From: Escherichia phage vB_EcoA_4HA11
DNA: 64,000 bases
Strand: one strand, 5' to 3'
Sequence record: MN445184
The stretch's first letter is position 1; each line of letters begins with the position of its first letter. This document shows positions 1-10,117 of the stretch, piece after piece. The notes under the pieces are model-generated. The model made no database searches. It was not told where the DNA came from and worked only from the letters and a program-made list of their open reading frames with translations. A program made the position numbers and the translations under genes.

Positions 1-224
1 TGACATGGGCGCGGCTTACACCAGCATCCCAAGGTCTTTCCATCTAATTCAAGGAGTTCATCTTCGGTGATATCCCCTTCAATCAGGCGCACATACAAGT
101 CGTCTTCAAACAACTCAATACAGTTTCCCCGCCCGTGGTCTTTGACCTCGAACGGGTTTCCCCATTTGCCAGGACGGCCAATGTAGACGTCGTGTGGTTC
201 CTTCTTGAAGTGGACGACTTTCAT
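1..224 (-). CDS. DUF4326-like protein, N-terminal part (3' end of gene lies beyond the left window edge)
   Basis: ATG at 224..222, frame open to position 1; translation MKVVHFKKEPHDVYIGRPGKWGNPF...LGCWCKPRPCH carries the GNPF and CWC-x-P-x-x-CH signature of this family. Confidence 0.5.
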   Translation of the reverse strand, partial: MKVVHFKKEPHDVYIGRPGKWGNPFEVKDHGRGNCIELFEDDLYVRLIEGDITEDELLELDGKTLGCWCKPRPC

Positions 225-379
225 ATGATTGTATCAGCTAACCAGTATGCTGCCCAAACGCTTACACCACCGTACATAAAACCATAGATAATTTCTCCAG
301 AGTTTATGTGGCGTAAACACATATTCACAGAACAAATTGTGATTAAAATCAAAAATACCAAACAAATAGTAGCCATCAT
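221..379 (-). CDS. small hydrophobic protein (52 aa), below ORF-track cutoff
   Basis: ATG 379..377 overlaps the upstream stop (ATGA) and its own stop overlaps the next start; translation MMATICLVFLILITICSV... is membrane-like. Confidence 0.3.
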   Translation of the reverse strand: MMATICLVFLILITICSVNMCLRHINSGEIIYGFMYGGVSVWAAYWLADTII

Positions 380-690
380 GACATATCCTCATAATTAGAT
401 AGATTGATCAAGAAGGACAGGTTCCGGTCATATATGAGGTCAATGGCCTTGCGGCTACCCACAGCCTCACATGTCCAATAACTGTAATTCCCTGCGATCT
501 TCAATGCTAGTCGGACGACATGACGCCTCATATTGTACTGAGCCAACTGATATCGGGCGCGTGTCTTCTTGCGCCAGCATTGATTCTCCGCTTTGTACTT
601 GTAGAGGATCATCAGGCGAACGGCTTTGTACAGGCGCTTTTCAGCGCCCTTGGATTTCTTTGATACACGAATCAGGCTACCCATGATCAA
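376..690 (-). CDS. hypothetical basic protein
   Basis: 104-aa ORF, 4-bp overlap with the SbcC-like gene, same strand as neighbours. Confidence 0.4.
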   Translation of the reverse strand: MIMGSLIRVSKKSKGAEKRLYKAVRLMILYKYKAENQCWRKKTRARYQLAQYNMRRHVVRLALKIAGNYSYWTCEAVGSRKAIDLIYDRNLSFLINLSNYEDMS

Positions 691-3020
691 TCCTTCTTAA
701 TCACTTCGGTCATGCCATTACGCAGACCATAACGAATGTTATGTTGGAAATATTCTTGGAACTCCTGTTCACGCTGACTGATGACAAACAGATTGTTCCC
801 ACCAAATTTATGTTTCAGCATCTCAACCGATTCTTGTACGCCACGCTCGCTCATGTTCTCAAGGATTTCATCTAACACAAACAGGTTACATTGCACCGAC
901 GCCTTGAGGTTGGCCACGTCCCGTAGGGCTAATGTCACAGCCAGATTGAGTCGGCTGCGTTGTCCTGTAGACAGGGAGAATATGCTTTGCCCTTTACGAC
1001 CTGCAGCGCTCATGGTGATTTCAAATGTATCATCAACAGCAATATCCAAGAACATATTGAGTGCTTCAAGATACTCGTTTATTTTACTATTGAGGAAAGG
1101 CAAATACAGGCTGATAATTCGAGCCTTGGTCTGATCATCTTTTAGGAAGAACAGAAGATGGTTCAGGTCTTGCAATTTCTCATCCAACTCTACGCGCCGC
1201 GCATTCAGATCTTCCATTAATGCCGTGATGCGAGCGATCTCTCCTTCCAGGGCTTCAGTTGGTGTCGGCTTAACCGCCAATTTACGCTCTAAATCGGCAA
1301 TGGATGCCTCTAGAGGGGCACGGCGTGATTTCAGGCTGGTGAGTTTATCAGCCGTGTCGTTGATACTCTTAGAGAGCTGCTCACGCGCTTGACGGATTGA
1401 CGTCGTGATATCTTCGTAACGGGTGTCTACGGCCTTGAGGACGTCGTTAATTTTGGACTGTTGTTCCCGCTGTAAAGATGTTTTCTCAACAGCAGCGACA
1501 TCATAGAATCCTTGGATGTCGCGTTTTAATGTAGCGATCGCCGATTCCGCTTCTCGGATTTCATTGCGCAAAGCATCCAGTTCTTTGTCAATAACCGAAA
1601 TCTGAGAAGATAATTCTGAATCTCTGACATTGTAATTCTCAATCAGGGAATTCACTTCTTCTAGGGCTGTATCAACCTGAAGAATCTTGTCAGTCAGTTC
1701 ACTGATTTGTGGATAATATTGACTTTCAATGCGTGATTTGGTATCGTCCGACACTAATTGCGTACACGTAGGGCAAGTGCCCATATCGTGGAAACGTTTG
1801 ATGGCAGATTCATGTCCTTCCATTTCTGTTACGAATTTGATACGGAAGTTCTCACCCTGCTGACGCCGCGCTAATGCTTTGTTCAGTTCATCCAGGTTAG
1901 CATTCCGTTGGCTGACCAGATCATTTTTACGTTCCGCGACTACCGCCATTCTCTCCCGAATTTCTTGTAATGAACGTTCGCCATCAGACACCTCGATACG
2001 TTCATAGTCTTCAGCCTTGGTATCAGCATCATCCTGAACTGCTTGGATTTTGGCCGCATACTCTTCATTGATGGAATCGATATCCACCTTCATTTCAGCG
2101 TTCAGGCGATTACGGACTTCTGATAATTCAGTTTCTAATTTAGAATCTTGGGCACGGAATTCCGTCAGTTCGTCTTGAGAAGCACCAATATCTGAATTCA
2201 AACTATTCAGACGTTCCTTCTCTTGGACAAGGATATCAGCAGATTGTTGCTGGATCATCGCATTGGAATTATTGATCTGTTCCAACTGCGCTTGCTGGCC
2301 TTTTAAATTTACATCATGAAAGGCGTAATCATTGGTGACCGTCGTGAGTTCATTCGTTACTGTCTTGATAGATGCTTTTACATCTTCATTCATCAGACTG
2401 AAGAACCCCAAATCCCAGATTGTCTCTACCATAGCGCGACGGTCGGCAGTGTACATTTCCGTGAATGGGATGAACTTCTCTTTGCCCAGAACCAGGGAGT
2501 TCTCAAACATCTTCTGGTCCACGCCAATCAGGTTCACAATATATTTGTTCATGTCGGCTTTGGCCGCATCATTCACGACCTTCTTCCACTCACCGTCTAC
2601 CATCTGATAGACTTCTACGAAATCAGGTTTGATACCACGACGGACTTTCCATTCACTTCCTCGAGTGGAGAACTCAACTTCACCCACGCATTCCTTTTTG
2701 TTTTGGGAATTGACTAATCCGGCTTTCTTTTCTTTCTTGCTGTATGTGTCATTATACAGAACGAAGAACAGCAGCCAGACAAGCATGGTGGATTTACCAG
2801 CGCCATTGTCATCGGATGTAACCAAGGTTGCCGAATTGCGTTGGTAATCAATTTCCATGAATTCATTACCGATAGAACGGAAGTTTTTAGCGCGACCGCG
2901 ATGGAAAGTCAGTTTGTGGGTAATTTCCCCACGGATTTCAAATGGTGCTTCAACAGAAACAGGAGTGTCCGCTTCTTTCAGAAGGGAACCGAATTTAGAC
3001 AGTAGATCTACATTGCTCAT
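687..3020 (-). CDS. gp46: SbcC/Rad50-like recombination nuclease ATPase subunit (T4 gp46-like)
   Basis: 777 aa; Walker A NGAGKST near N-terminus, long coiled-coil middle, C-terminal ABC signature region; directly downstream of an SbcD-like gene as in T4 47-46. Confidence 0.85.
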   Translation of the reverse strand: MSNVDLLSKFGSLLKEADTPVSVEAPFEIRGEITHKLTFHRGRAKNFRSIGNEFMEIDYQRNSATLVTSDDNGAGKSTMLVWLLFFVLYNDTYSKKEKKAGLVNSQNKKECVGEVEFSTRGSEWKVRRGIKPDFVEVYQMVDGEWKKVVNDAAKADMNKYIVNLIGVDQKMFENSLVLGKEKFIPFTEMYTADRRAMVETIWDLGFFSLMNEDVKASIKTVTNELTTVTNDYAFHDVNLKGQQAQLEQINNSNAMIQQQSADILVQEKERLNSLNSDIGASQDELTEFRAQDSKLETELSEVRNRLNAEMKVDIDSINEEYAAKIQAVQDDADTKAEDYERIEVSDGERSLQEIRERMAVVAERKNDLVSQRNANLDELNKALARRQQGENFRIKFVTEMEGHESAIKRFHDMGTCPTCTQLVSDDTKSRIESQYYPQISELTDKILQVDTALEEVNSLIENYNVRDSELSSQISVIDKELDALRNEIREAESAIATLKRDIQGFYDVAAVEKTSLQREQQSKINDVLKAVDTRYEDITTSIRQAREQLSKSINDTADKLTSLKSRRAPLEASIADLERKLAVKPTPTEALEGEIARITALMEDLNARRVELDEKLQDLNHLLFFLKDDQTKARIISLYLPFLNSKINEYLEALNMFLDIAVDDTFEITMSAAGRKGQSIFSLSTGQRSRLNLAVTLALRDVANLKASVQCNLFVLDEILENMSERGVQESVEMLKHKFGGNNLFVISQREQEFQEYFQHNIRYGLRNGMTEVIKKD

Positions 3021-3022
3021 TA

Positions 3023-4138
3023 TTATGCATCCAATGTGTTCAGGCGTTGTTGGGCAGCATTATAGAATTGTTCTGCTAATTTGCAAACATTTTCAGGGCG
3101 CTGGATATTATTGGCGGCGCGGATATCTTTCTTCAAGACTTCCACCGCATCAGTAGCCACCATCTCTTCAGTGACTTCTACCTTCTCGGAAGCAACAGTA
3201 ATCGTCCGATCGATGAAGTTGTAATCGATGCATTTACAGCGCTTCAATGCGTCACAGAACTTTTCATAATGCTTGGCATTGTCACGGTTCTGTACAATCA
3301 CCTTAACGATTTGCCCTTCAATACCCAAAACATTGTTTAACCAATCGGGGTCGATCCAATTACCTTCAGTATCAGAAGACATTTGGGTGTAGTCGTATTC
3401 CACGAACCGGAACAACGTTTGTTGTTCGTTGTTGGGGATAAACAATTCCCCGCCATTCATGTCGTCTACATAGAATCCTCGGTTCGTCCCGTCTTTGTGG
3501 TCTTCCCAGGTAAGGTGATAAGGAGTCCCAATATACTGAATGTTACCTTCCATCGAACGGGTATGGAAATGTCCGGTATCCACGCGCTCGAATTTCGAAA
3601 GGAGCGCCAAGTCGATCTGACCTTTATCACATACAGAGGACTGGTACATTTTGAACCCTGCCAACTCCAGATGCGCAAAACAGTACTTGGCGTCTGTATC
3701 TTGTATCGCTTTAATGGACGCATCATAGTTCTCTTTGTTAATCCACGGCAGTAGGAGGGTCTTGACACCTTCAATCATTACTTCAGTTGGTTCGCTGTAA
3801 TAATGATAAACATCCGGTGCCAATTCATTAAGATAAGAAGGCCAGTTAATACGATTGGACTCTTCTAACGTGATATCATGGTTGCCGACGATGCCATTCC
3901 ATTTAATACCTGCTTTGCGCAGCGCTGGCGTCAATTCATCTTTCAACCAATCTTTATCGCGACCATACATGAATTTGCGAACATCAAACGTATCACCAAA
4001 TTGCCAAACTTCTTTAATATCGGCGTCAACCAATTCTGGAATAAAATAATTGATGAGATAATTCTTTATGAATTCTCGAACGTAACGGGAACCATTACGG
4101 CTCCCAATATGTAAATCGCCAATTTTAGCAATCGCCAT
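3023..4138 (-). CDS. gp47: SbcD/Mre11-like nuclease subunit (T4 gp47-like)
   Basis: 371 aa; calcineurin-like phosphoesterase motifs (GDLHIG, GNHD, GHFH); paired with SbcC-like gene. Confidence 0.85.
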   Translation of the reverse strand: MAIAKIGDLHIGSRNGSRYVREFIKNYLINYFIPELVDADIKEVWQFGDTFDVRKFMYGRDKDWLKDELTPALRKAGIKWNGIVGNHDITLEESNRINWPSYLNELAPDVYHYYSEPTEVMIEGVKTLLLPWINKENYDASIKAIQDTDAKYCFAHLELAGFKMYQSSVCDKGQIDLALLSKFERVDTGHFHTRSMEGNIQYIGTPYHLTWEDHKDGTNRGFYVDDMNGGELFIPNNEQQTLFRFVEYDYTQMSSDTEGNWIDPDWLNNVLGIEGQIVKVIVQNRDNAKHYEKFCDALKRCKCIDYNFIDRTITVASEKVEVTEEMVATDAVEVLKKDIRAANNIQRPENVCKLAEQFYNAAQQRLNTLDA

Positions 4139-4931
4139 TATTTTGTTGCTCCCGTTCTAATGCTCGTTTCTTTGCTTCTTCCCAATCTGGTTCCATAGAA
4201 CATATTTCGTCTTCCAGATTGAATTGAGTAGAGCCGAAGTCATAGTCTGAATTATCTTCGGCGTCGGCGGTAATGGTATTTTCACTCTTTGTGAGACATT
4301 GAAGTATACCGCGAGGAATTTTCTTATTCTTTTCCTCTTCTTTGATGGCGATTTGCTTTTGGCGTTCCTTTTCGCGCTGGGCTTCTTTCTTAGTTTCAAA
4401 ATTTCCGATACGCTCACGAAAGTCCATTGTTATACCAGTGCTGTCTACGAATGTCTGTTGCTGGAAGTCTGGGTCATCTGATAATGCAGCGAAACCACCT
4501 GCTTCTTCAAATGAACGCAACTTGATATAATTGTGTTCTTCTTCACTGGTGAGTTTCTTGGCGAATGAACGATCGGCGCACATCGTTACCCAAGAGAAGA
4601 AATTGATTTTTCCTTTCTTGCCGATATGACTGACGTCAAATGTATGGAGGTAACGAAGGATGTTGACAACGGCCTCACTGACCATGTCTTCGCGGTATGG
4701 ATAATCACGATAGTTGTAGCGCATACTCATGTTCTTAATAATCATCTGAACATTCATGGCCACATAATTGGGGATTCTTGGTAGGGGTGTTCCTTCGGCC
4801 AAAGCCTTTTTGCGAGCCGGAATCCAATCTCTCAATATTCCAACAACACGGTCATTATCTTCGTCTGTGAAATATTTGGTGACGTTATCACCCCTGTCTA
4901 CAAAATTCATACCCATCGTGATAATCCTCAA
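4125..4931 (-). CDS. gp55: late-transcription sigma factor, gp55-like, with extra charged C-terminal tail
   Basis: Central region (RDW..., MRYNYRDYP..., RYLHTFD, FAKKL) parallels T4 gp55; sits next to 47/46 as in T4. Track start is TTG; in-frame ATGs at 4916 and 4910 with GAGGA upstream are likelier. Confidence 0.55.
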   Translation of the reverse strand: MRIITMGMNFVDRGDNVTKYFTDEDNDRVVGILRDWIPARKKALAEGTPLPRIPNYVAMNVQMIIKNMSMRYNYRDYPYREDMVSEAVVNILRYLHTFDVSHIGKKGKINFFSWVTMCADRSFAKKLTSEEEHNYIKLRSFEEAGGFAALSDDPDFQQQTFVDSTGITMDFRERIGNFETKKEAQREKERQKQIAIKEEEKNKKIPRGILQCLTKSENTITADAEDNSDYDFGSTQFNLEDEICSMEPDWEEAKKRALEREQQNNGDC

Positions 4932-5470
4932 ATACCAATGAATTCATTGAAAGAACCAACGACTTTCTTGACCGAGAAACGGTTATTTTCAAGAACCATT
5001 GAACTATCTTCTTTGGCTCTAACGCTCCACTGATCCGCAATTTCGTTGCCCATCGTTCCTGCATGACCTTTCACCCATTTTAATTCAAGTTCACAAATTG
5101 AACAAACTTTGTCATAATAATCGAACAACTCGAGCAGAAGTTCTGTGTTCTTAGGCGGCATTCCTTCATATTCCCATTTACGACGCCACTCCAAAACGCT
5201 ATTGATAACATATTGGCTGTCGGATATAATGCGGGCTGGGGGAATGCAGCGTTCACCACAATTAGAGAATTTCCATAGGATCTTCATTGCGTTTATAACC
5301 CCGAGTAACTCAGCTATATTGTTCGTTGACGGCGGGGGTAAATACCCATAAAACACTTTCCATTGCTCTCCAGTGATTGGACTGATGGCAAATGCCCAAC
5401 CAGCGGCTCGTGTCTTCTGAGGGGACGATGCCCCGTCAGTGTATATTTCAATCATGTATAAGTATCCCAA
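4928..5470 (-). CDS. rnhA: ribonuclease HI
   Basis: Motifs YTDGAS, NNIAEL, SDSQYV, WVKGHAG..NE.AD match bacterial RNase HI; likely ATG at 5455. Confidence 0.85.
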   Translation of the reverse strand: MGYLYMIEIYTDGASSPQKTRAAGWAFAISPITGEQWKVFYGYLPPPSTNNIAELLGVINAMKILWKFSNCGERCIPPARIISDSQYVINSVLEWRRKWEYEGMPPKNTELLLELFDYYDKVCSICELELKWVKGHAGTMGNEIADQWSVRAKEDSSMVLENNRFSVKKVVGSFNEFIGI

Positions 5471-5497
5471 ACTGGTTTTATCGATGAGGAACGAATC

Positions 5498-6265
5498 ATG
5501 TCAGAACGCGCATATCGTTTCAGTCTGACCGCCCCAGAAATTGAGCGTTTGCTCTTGTCCATAAACGACTCCATCCAAAAGCTGGACATCGTATATGACT
5601 ACACGGCGGGTGGGACTGAAGGTCAGGTCGCAGCTGCGTCAGCTGTCAAAAACATGTGGCTAAAACTTAATGAGATGGTCACAGGTGAAGGTCTTAAAGA
5701 CGCAATCAATGCAGCTAACGACAGCAACGTATTCACCGATTATTATAAGTCTATTTTAGATCGCGAAACTTGGAAATTTATTGGTTCTCCGGCAGATTTA
5801 TTAGCAAGGGACGATATAGACACTTCCAATTTTGAAGGCGGTGAAGTAATCCTCCTACAAAAGAACGCTTCGGGCAACCCAGAATTCCAATACTGGAAAA
5901 GAACTCCTGTGGCAGGAGGTGATCCAATATTTGGTTGGGAATCTGTTTATGAAGGAAACTCCAACGACTCTTCTATTGATATTCCGGTTGTTGGGACCAG
6001 CATACTGAAGACAATCCCAAAAGCATTGTTTCATATGGTCGAATTCCGAGTACACGCTCGAGAGTCTACCCTCGGTCATTGGCAGGACACTGATGGCAAA
6101 ATCGGTTATCGTGGTGAAGATCTGATTTATAGCCTGTATAATCATGTTCAAACCAAACCGATCGCAAATATATCTTTCAGCCAAGATGTGGACAATATGA
6201 TTATCACGATAACGACACTTGAACCAAATATCAAGTGCCATTTATCGTTTATTGCGGGTTATTAA
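5498..6265 (+). CDS. hypothetical protein (plus-strand gene in a minus-strand block)
   Basis: 255-aa ORF with GAGGAA SD 7 nt upstream of ATG. Confidence 0.5.
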   Translation: MSERAYRFSLTAPEIERLLLSINDSIQKLDIVYDYTAGGTEGQVAAASAVKNMWLKLNEMVTGEGLKDAINAANDSNVFTDYYKSILDRETWKFIGSPADLLARDDIDTSNFEGGEVILLQKNASGNPEFQYWKRTPVAGGDPIFGWESVYEGNSNDSSIDIPVVGTSILKTIPKALFHMVEFRVHARESTLGHWQDTDGKIGYRGEDLIYSLYNHVQTKPIANISFSQDVDNMIITITTLEPNIKCHLSFIAGY

Positions 6266-7983
6266 ACCTCAAACACTGCATCGGTGAACCAGGTTGGGAA
6301 GAATTCTGGGTTGCGCATCATAAGAGATTCAAAAGATGAATCAATGATGTATGTCGCAGCCCAGTCATCAACACCCCTGACCGAACGCCCACACATTTGA
6401 ACAATGCGCAGTACTGCATTGCGGAAATATGCCGACGGATCCACTGAATTGATATGTGCTATCAGTGGATCGCCCAGATAATCATAAGGGACTTTGATCA
6501 GTATTTGGAAACGGCTGTAATCCCCTTTGAAATCATAACCTTCTTCCATAGCCGGACTGGCAATGACGCATGGGGACTTTGTTCTAAAAGCATTTTCCAT
6601 AATATCCATCAACGCCTTTCGGGTACGCGGAACATGGATAAAATTCTGATATTTGCTGAATTTTTGTATTGCCAAGGCGCGATCATAACTCACTGTATGG
6701 ATAATGCCGGACTGACCTGGGTGGAACGCGATTATTTCATCAATATATTCCGTCAACCTTTTCATTTCATAGTCGCCCATATTGTTAGTCATCTTCACTA
6801 TGGGCATATAGTTGACTTTTCTGTTTTCAATTGGGATAGGATTGCCGATCTGAATGGAATGATAATCCCCCTGTCGAATACCCAATGAACGAGCATACGA
6901 ATCTATACCACAGATCGTTGCTGACATATGAACGTGATAATCGGCTTTTCGGAATAACCCGAATTCACTTACATCAGAAGGCATAACGGGTTTAAACCGA
7001 ATAAAGTCATCTCCCTTTTCCTGTACGATAAAGGTGCTGGCCTTTGTCTGAGACATAATACCACAATAATCACTCAAGTTATGCAAGACATCTATAATGT
7101 CTGCGAGTTTCATCACTTGGCTTTCACTCAGGCGGTCATCTTCAACCAATTCTTCAAGAACTTCCAACAAAGACTCCACTTTAAGATGGAGGTCTTCAAA
7201 CATCGAATGCATTTCACCAGACAAAGAATACAACTTGCCCAAGACATAGTCCTTGGTGCGTTCTACGATATCGGCAATGATAGAGACTATCTCCTTCCCT
7301 TCGGGGATAGTTCGCAGTCCGTCCACAGCCTTTGTATTGTATTCCATTATCGTGTGCTCTAGGAGCGTAGAGGGCATCTTATGACACTCGTCTAAGATCA
7401 GCATATCGGAACGGTTTTCAGGCTTCATACAGATGGTGGTGCACATCTCAATCATCATAGCTGCATTAGTGCAACGCAATGACGAAATATCAGTCCATAA
7501 ATTGCGCGCCTGTACATAAGGACAACGGCGTTTGCTACAATGCCCGTCGCGGCATGCTATACGGCATTGGACAGCGTTGTAATACACATCTGGGTGTACG
7601 TGGCAACGATAGTTCTTCTTGCCTTTCAGGATGTCTATCGCCACCGCCTTTTCAGCAGCATACTGATCTTGTAGACCTTTGGTAGGCGTACTGATAGACG
7701 TGCGGAATTGTCCATAAGGATCGGCCTGTAAAACCAAATGACGAATCACTTTATGAATTGTTGTCCCAATCAAAGATTTCCCCACGCCAGTTGGGGCTTC
7801 AATGATTACGTGTTTGACCTTTTTGTTGATAAGCGCATCTATGGCTTCGACGATGCATTCCATCTGGCCTGGGTTCGCTTTGTCATATGGGAATTCATCT
7901 TTGGTAAGGCGTTGTATTTCTTCCACAGGAACCTTACGGCCTATGGCGTCAATCGCCTTTCGGTGTTGATTAAATGCTGTCAC
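6262..7983 (-). CDS. DinG/Rad3-family ATP-dependent DNA helicase with Fe-S cluster cysteines
   Basis: Walker A APTGVGKS, DEAH-type box LILDECH, Cys cluster CRIACRDGHCSKRRCPY; GTG start preceded by AGGAGG. Confidence 0.7.
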   Translation of the reverse strand: MTAFNQHRKAIDAIGRKVPVEEIQRLTKDEFPYDKANPGQMECIVEAIDALINKKVKHVIIEAPTGVGKSLIGTTIHKVIRHLVLQADPYGQFRTSISTPTKGLQDQYAAEKAVAIDILKGKKNYRCHVHPDVYYNAVQCRIACRDGHCSKRRCPYVQARNLWTDISSLRCTNAAMMIEMCTTICMKPENRSDMLILDECHKMPSTLLEHTIMEYNTKAVDGLRTIPEGKEIVSIIADIVERTKDYVLGKLYSLSGEMHSMFEDLHLKVESLLEVLEELVEDDRLSESQVMKLADIIDVLHNLSDYCGIMSQTKASTFIVQEKGDDFIRFKPVMPSDVSEFGLFRKADYHVHMSATICGIDSYARSLGIRQGDYHSIQIGNPIPIENRKVNYMPIVKMTNNMGDYEMKRLTEYIDEIIAFHPGQSGIIHTVSYDRALAIQKFSKYQNFIHVPRTRKALMDIMENAFRTKSPCVIASPAMEEGYDFKGDYSRFQILIKVPYDYLGDPLIAHINSVDPSAYFRNAVLRIVQMCGRSVRGVDDWAATYIIDSSFESLMMRNPEFFPTWFTDAVFEV

Positions 7984-8118
7984 GTTGTTCCTCCTTTGGA
8001 TTCTGTTATAGTTTACCCGAATCCCAACAACGAAAAAGCCGAGGCATTAACCTCGGCTTCTCCTTTTAGCCTTGCGCCGCTGCACTGCAGACATGCGCTG
8101 GGCCGACGCCTGGTGTGA

Positions 8119-8433
8119 TTACTGGCCGTTGGCAGCAGCTTTCAGACCTTCACCGACTTTGAATTTAACTACATTTTTCGCTTCGATCTGGATCTGTTGT
8201 CCGTTCAGCGGGTTGCGGCCAGTGCGCGCTTCCTGATGTTTAACTTCGAACGCGCCGAAGCCTACGAATTGGACAGATTGGCCAGCCGCGACTGCAGTTT
8301 TCACGCCATTGATAAAAGATGCAACGATTTTCTCAGCTTCGCCTTTGGTCATACCCTGGGTTTGAGCGATGTGGGCGATAAAATCAGTACGGTTCATTCG
8401 GATTACTCCAGTTGGTTGTTTACGATGTTTCAC
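8119..8433 (-). CDS. HU/IHF-family DNA-binding protein
   Basis: MNRTDFIAHIAQ...GFGAFEV...RTGRNPLNGQ matches the HU fold signature; probable true start ATG 8397 with GGAG SD (92 aa). Confidence 0.85.
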   Translation of the reverse strand: MKHRKQPTGVIRMNRTDFIAHIAQTQGMTKGEAEKIVASFINGVKTAVAAGQSVQFVGFGAFEVKHQEARTGRNPLNGQQIQIEAKNVVKFKVGEGLKAAANGQ

Positions 8434-8480
8434 TACAAGAGGACTACAGCTTACCTAACAAATATTATTGAATAAAGCGT

Positions 8481-9275
8481 TTATTTGCCGACGTTCAGCA
8501 TTTTACCTGAGCCGGATCCGTCAACGATTAGAGTACATTTCCCACTGTTGGCGCAAGATTGCAACACCATGTTATATTCGTGTTGTAAATATTCAGGTGT
8601 CAGAGATGTCGTCAGTTTCTGATTCGCCTTGGCTTCTTGGTCGCGAATTTCAACGTTCTTTCTTGCTGTATCCAAACGTTTGTCGGCCATGACATTATCA
8701 CGGATAGATTGCTCAATCGAAGGATCTGTCAGCGCCTTTTTCACCAACACACGTGTGATTGTGAACATGCCAGGCGCAGCAGTTTCCAATTGCTGCTGGG
8801 TGCGTTCCTTGATCATCTTTTCTAACTCAGCCCGTTGGGTGTGAATTGTCATAGAATCCAAAGAGGAAACGGCGTCCATCGTTGAGGATGCTGCGGCGGT
8901 TTTAACCAGGTTGAATCCCACCGCTATCGTGCCGTCACCGAGTTCAGCGCTCTGACCTGCAAATTTGGTATGGAACCAAGGAACCTTCGCGACGTTCGGT
9001 GTGTAATAAACGTCCACATCCAGATCTTCCAAGGTCAGGTTGTCTTTGGCCTTTGGCGTCATTTTCGTCAGACTCACGACGGCTTCTTTAGTCGTATAGA
9101 CATCTACACTTGAAACGAAACTGGTGTAGATACCTGCGGTTACAGGGTTCATGTCCACTTCACCCCATTGGGTTCGAACACCGACGTTTCCTTCATCGAT
9201 AACACCGCCGCAGCCCGAAAGAAGGCTTGCCGCTAGGACCATAATTGCGCCAAATACCAGTTTCTTGAACATCAA
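8481..9275 (-). CDS. lipoprotein, possibly SPFH/band-7-like
   Basis: Signal peptide plus lipobox MFKKLVFGAIMVLAASLLSGC; ATG at 9272; domain assignment is tentative. Confidence 0.55.
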   Translation of the reverse strand: MMFKKLVFGAIMVLAASLLSGCGGVIDEGNVGVRTQWGEVDMNPVTAGIYTSFVSSVDVYTTKEAVVSLTKMTPKAKDNLTLEDLDVDVYYTPNVAKVPWFHTKFAGQSAELGDGTIAVGFNLVKTAAASSTMDAVSSLDSMTIHTQRAELEKMIKERTQQQLETAAPGMFTITRVLVKKALTDPSIEQSIRDNVMADKRLDTARKNVEIRDQEAKANQKLTTSLTPEYLQHEYNMVLQSCANSGKCTLIVDGSGSGKMLNVGK

Positions 9276-9490
9276 TGTACTCCTTCAAAAATGTAAATAT
9301 AAGCACCCAATGTGAGTGCAGTTATTGTAACCGAAGAAATCAGCAGTAGGAAAGTTACTCTCACCCGTTTGCGCCAACGTTTACTTCGGTAGATTTTAGT
9401 CTCTTTCAAGTATTTGAAAAAGAAAAATAAAATGAATGTTGAAATTACGAATATGAACAGATAACGGATTAACCCGATCATATTTCCCAC
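9272..9490 (-). CDS. small membrane protein
   Basis: 72-aa ORF with two hydrophobic segments; stop overlaps the start of the lipoprotein gene. Confidence 0.4.
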   Translation of the reverse strand: MGNMIGLIRYLFIFVISTFILFFFFKYLKETKIYRSKRWRKRVRVTFLLLISSVTITALTLGAYIYIFEGVH

Positions 9491-9798
9491 CCTGTGCTAC
9501 GCAGATGATCAAAATAATCGTTGAGTTCGTCAATATCTTCGATATCAACCCAACGATCATCCAGTCCCATATCATTTAGATCTTCTTCAGTCAGATCATG
9601 TTGATAAATCTGAATGCCCGAAACATTACAATAATCCGGCTTGATATTGTTGTTGAACTGGAACAAATCATAATCAGCCAGAGTATTCTTCAGGCGCTGC
9701 GCTTCTTCAAATGTTGGAACCTCAACATGAAAAGCGATCCCAGGAACCTGGGGAATATGCCAAACACGAAATTTAAGTTCAAATGGTTTATTCGACAT
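9478..9798 (-). CDS. hypothetical acidic protein
   Basis: 106-aa ORF, Asp/Glu-rich C-terminus. Confidence 0.4.
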   Translation of the reverse strand: MSNKPFELKFRVWHIPQVPGIAFHVEVPTFEEAQRLKNTLADYDLFQFNNNIKPDYCNVSGIQIYQHDLTEEDLNDMGLDDRWVDIEDIDELNDYFDHLRSTGWEI

Positions 9799-10117
9799 GG
9801 GGTTCTCCCTGAGACAGTATGGTTTTCATCTGTTCACGCGTGATAATTGTTTCAACAAGATTCTCGTCAATCATCATTTCGTTTAACAGTTCACAACCCA
9901 GCACGTGTGGTCGTGCCATATACGGCATGGCGTTGAGTTTTTCTTCTATGTCAAGAACGCGCTTGACGGTCAGACCCATAGAAGAAAAGGGAACAGGATA
10001 AAAGAATGAAATAATCTGGTTATCCATCCCGTTTGAAAATCTTACCAACAATACATCACACCATACGCCGGACATATTACACCTCCAGACGGTTACAATG
10101 AGAAAGCGCGTTATCAA
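9788..10117 (-). CDS. hypothetical protein
   Basis: 109-aa ORF in operon-like tandem array. Confidence 0.4.
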   Translation of the reverse strand: MITRFLIVTVWRCNMSGVWCDVLLVRFSNGMDNQIISFFYPVPFSSMGLTVKRVLDIEEKLNAMPYMARPHVLGCELLNEMMIDENLVETIITREQMKTILSQGEPHVE

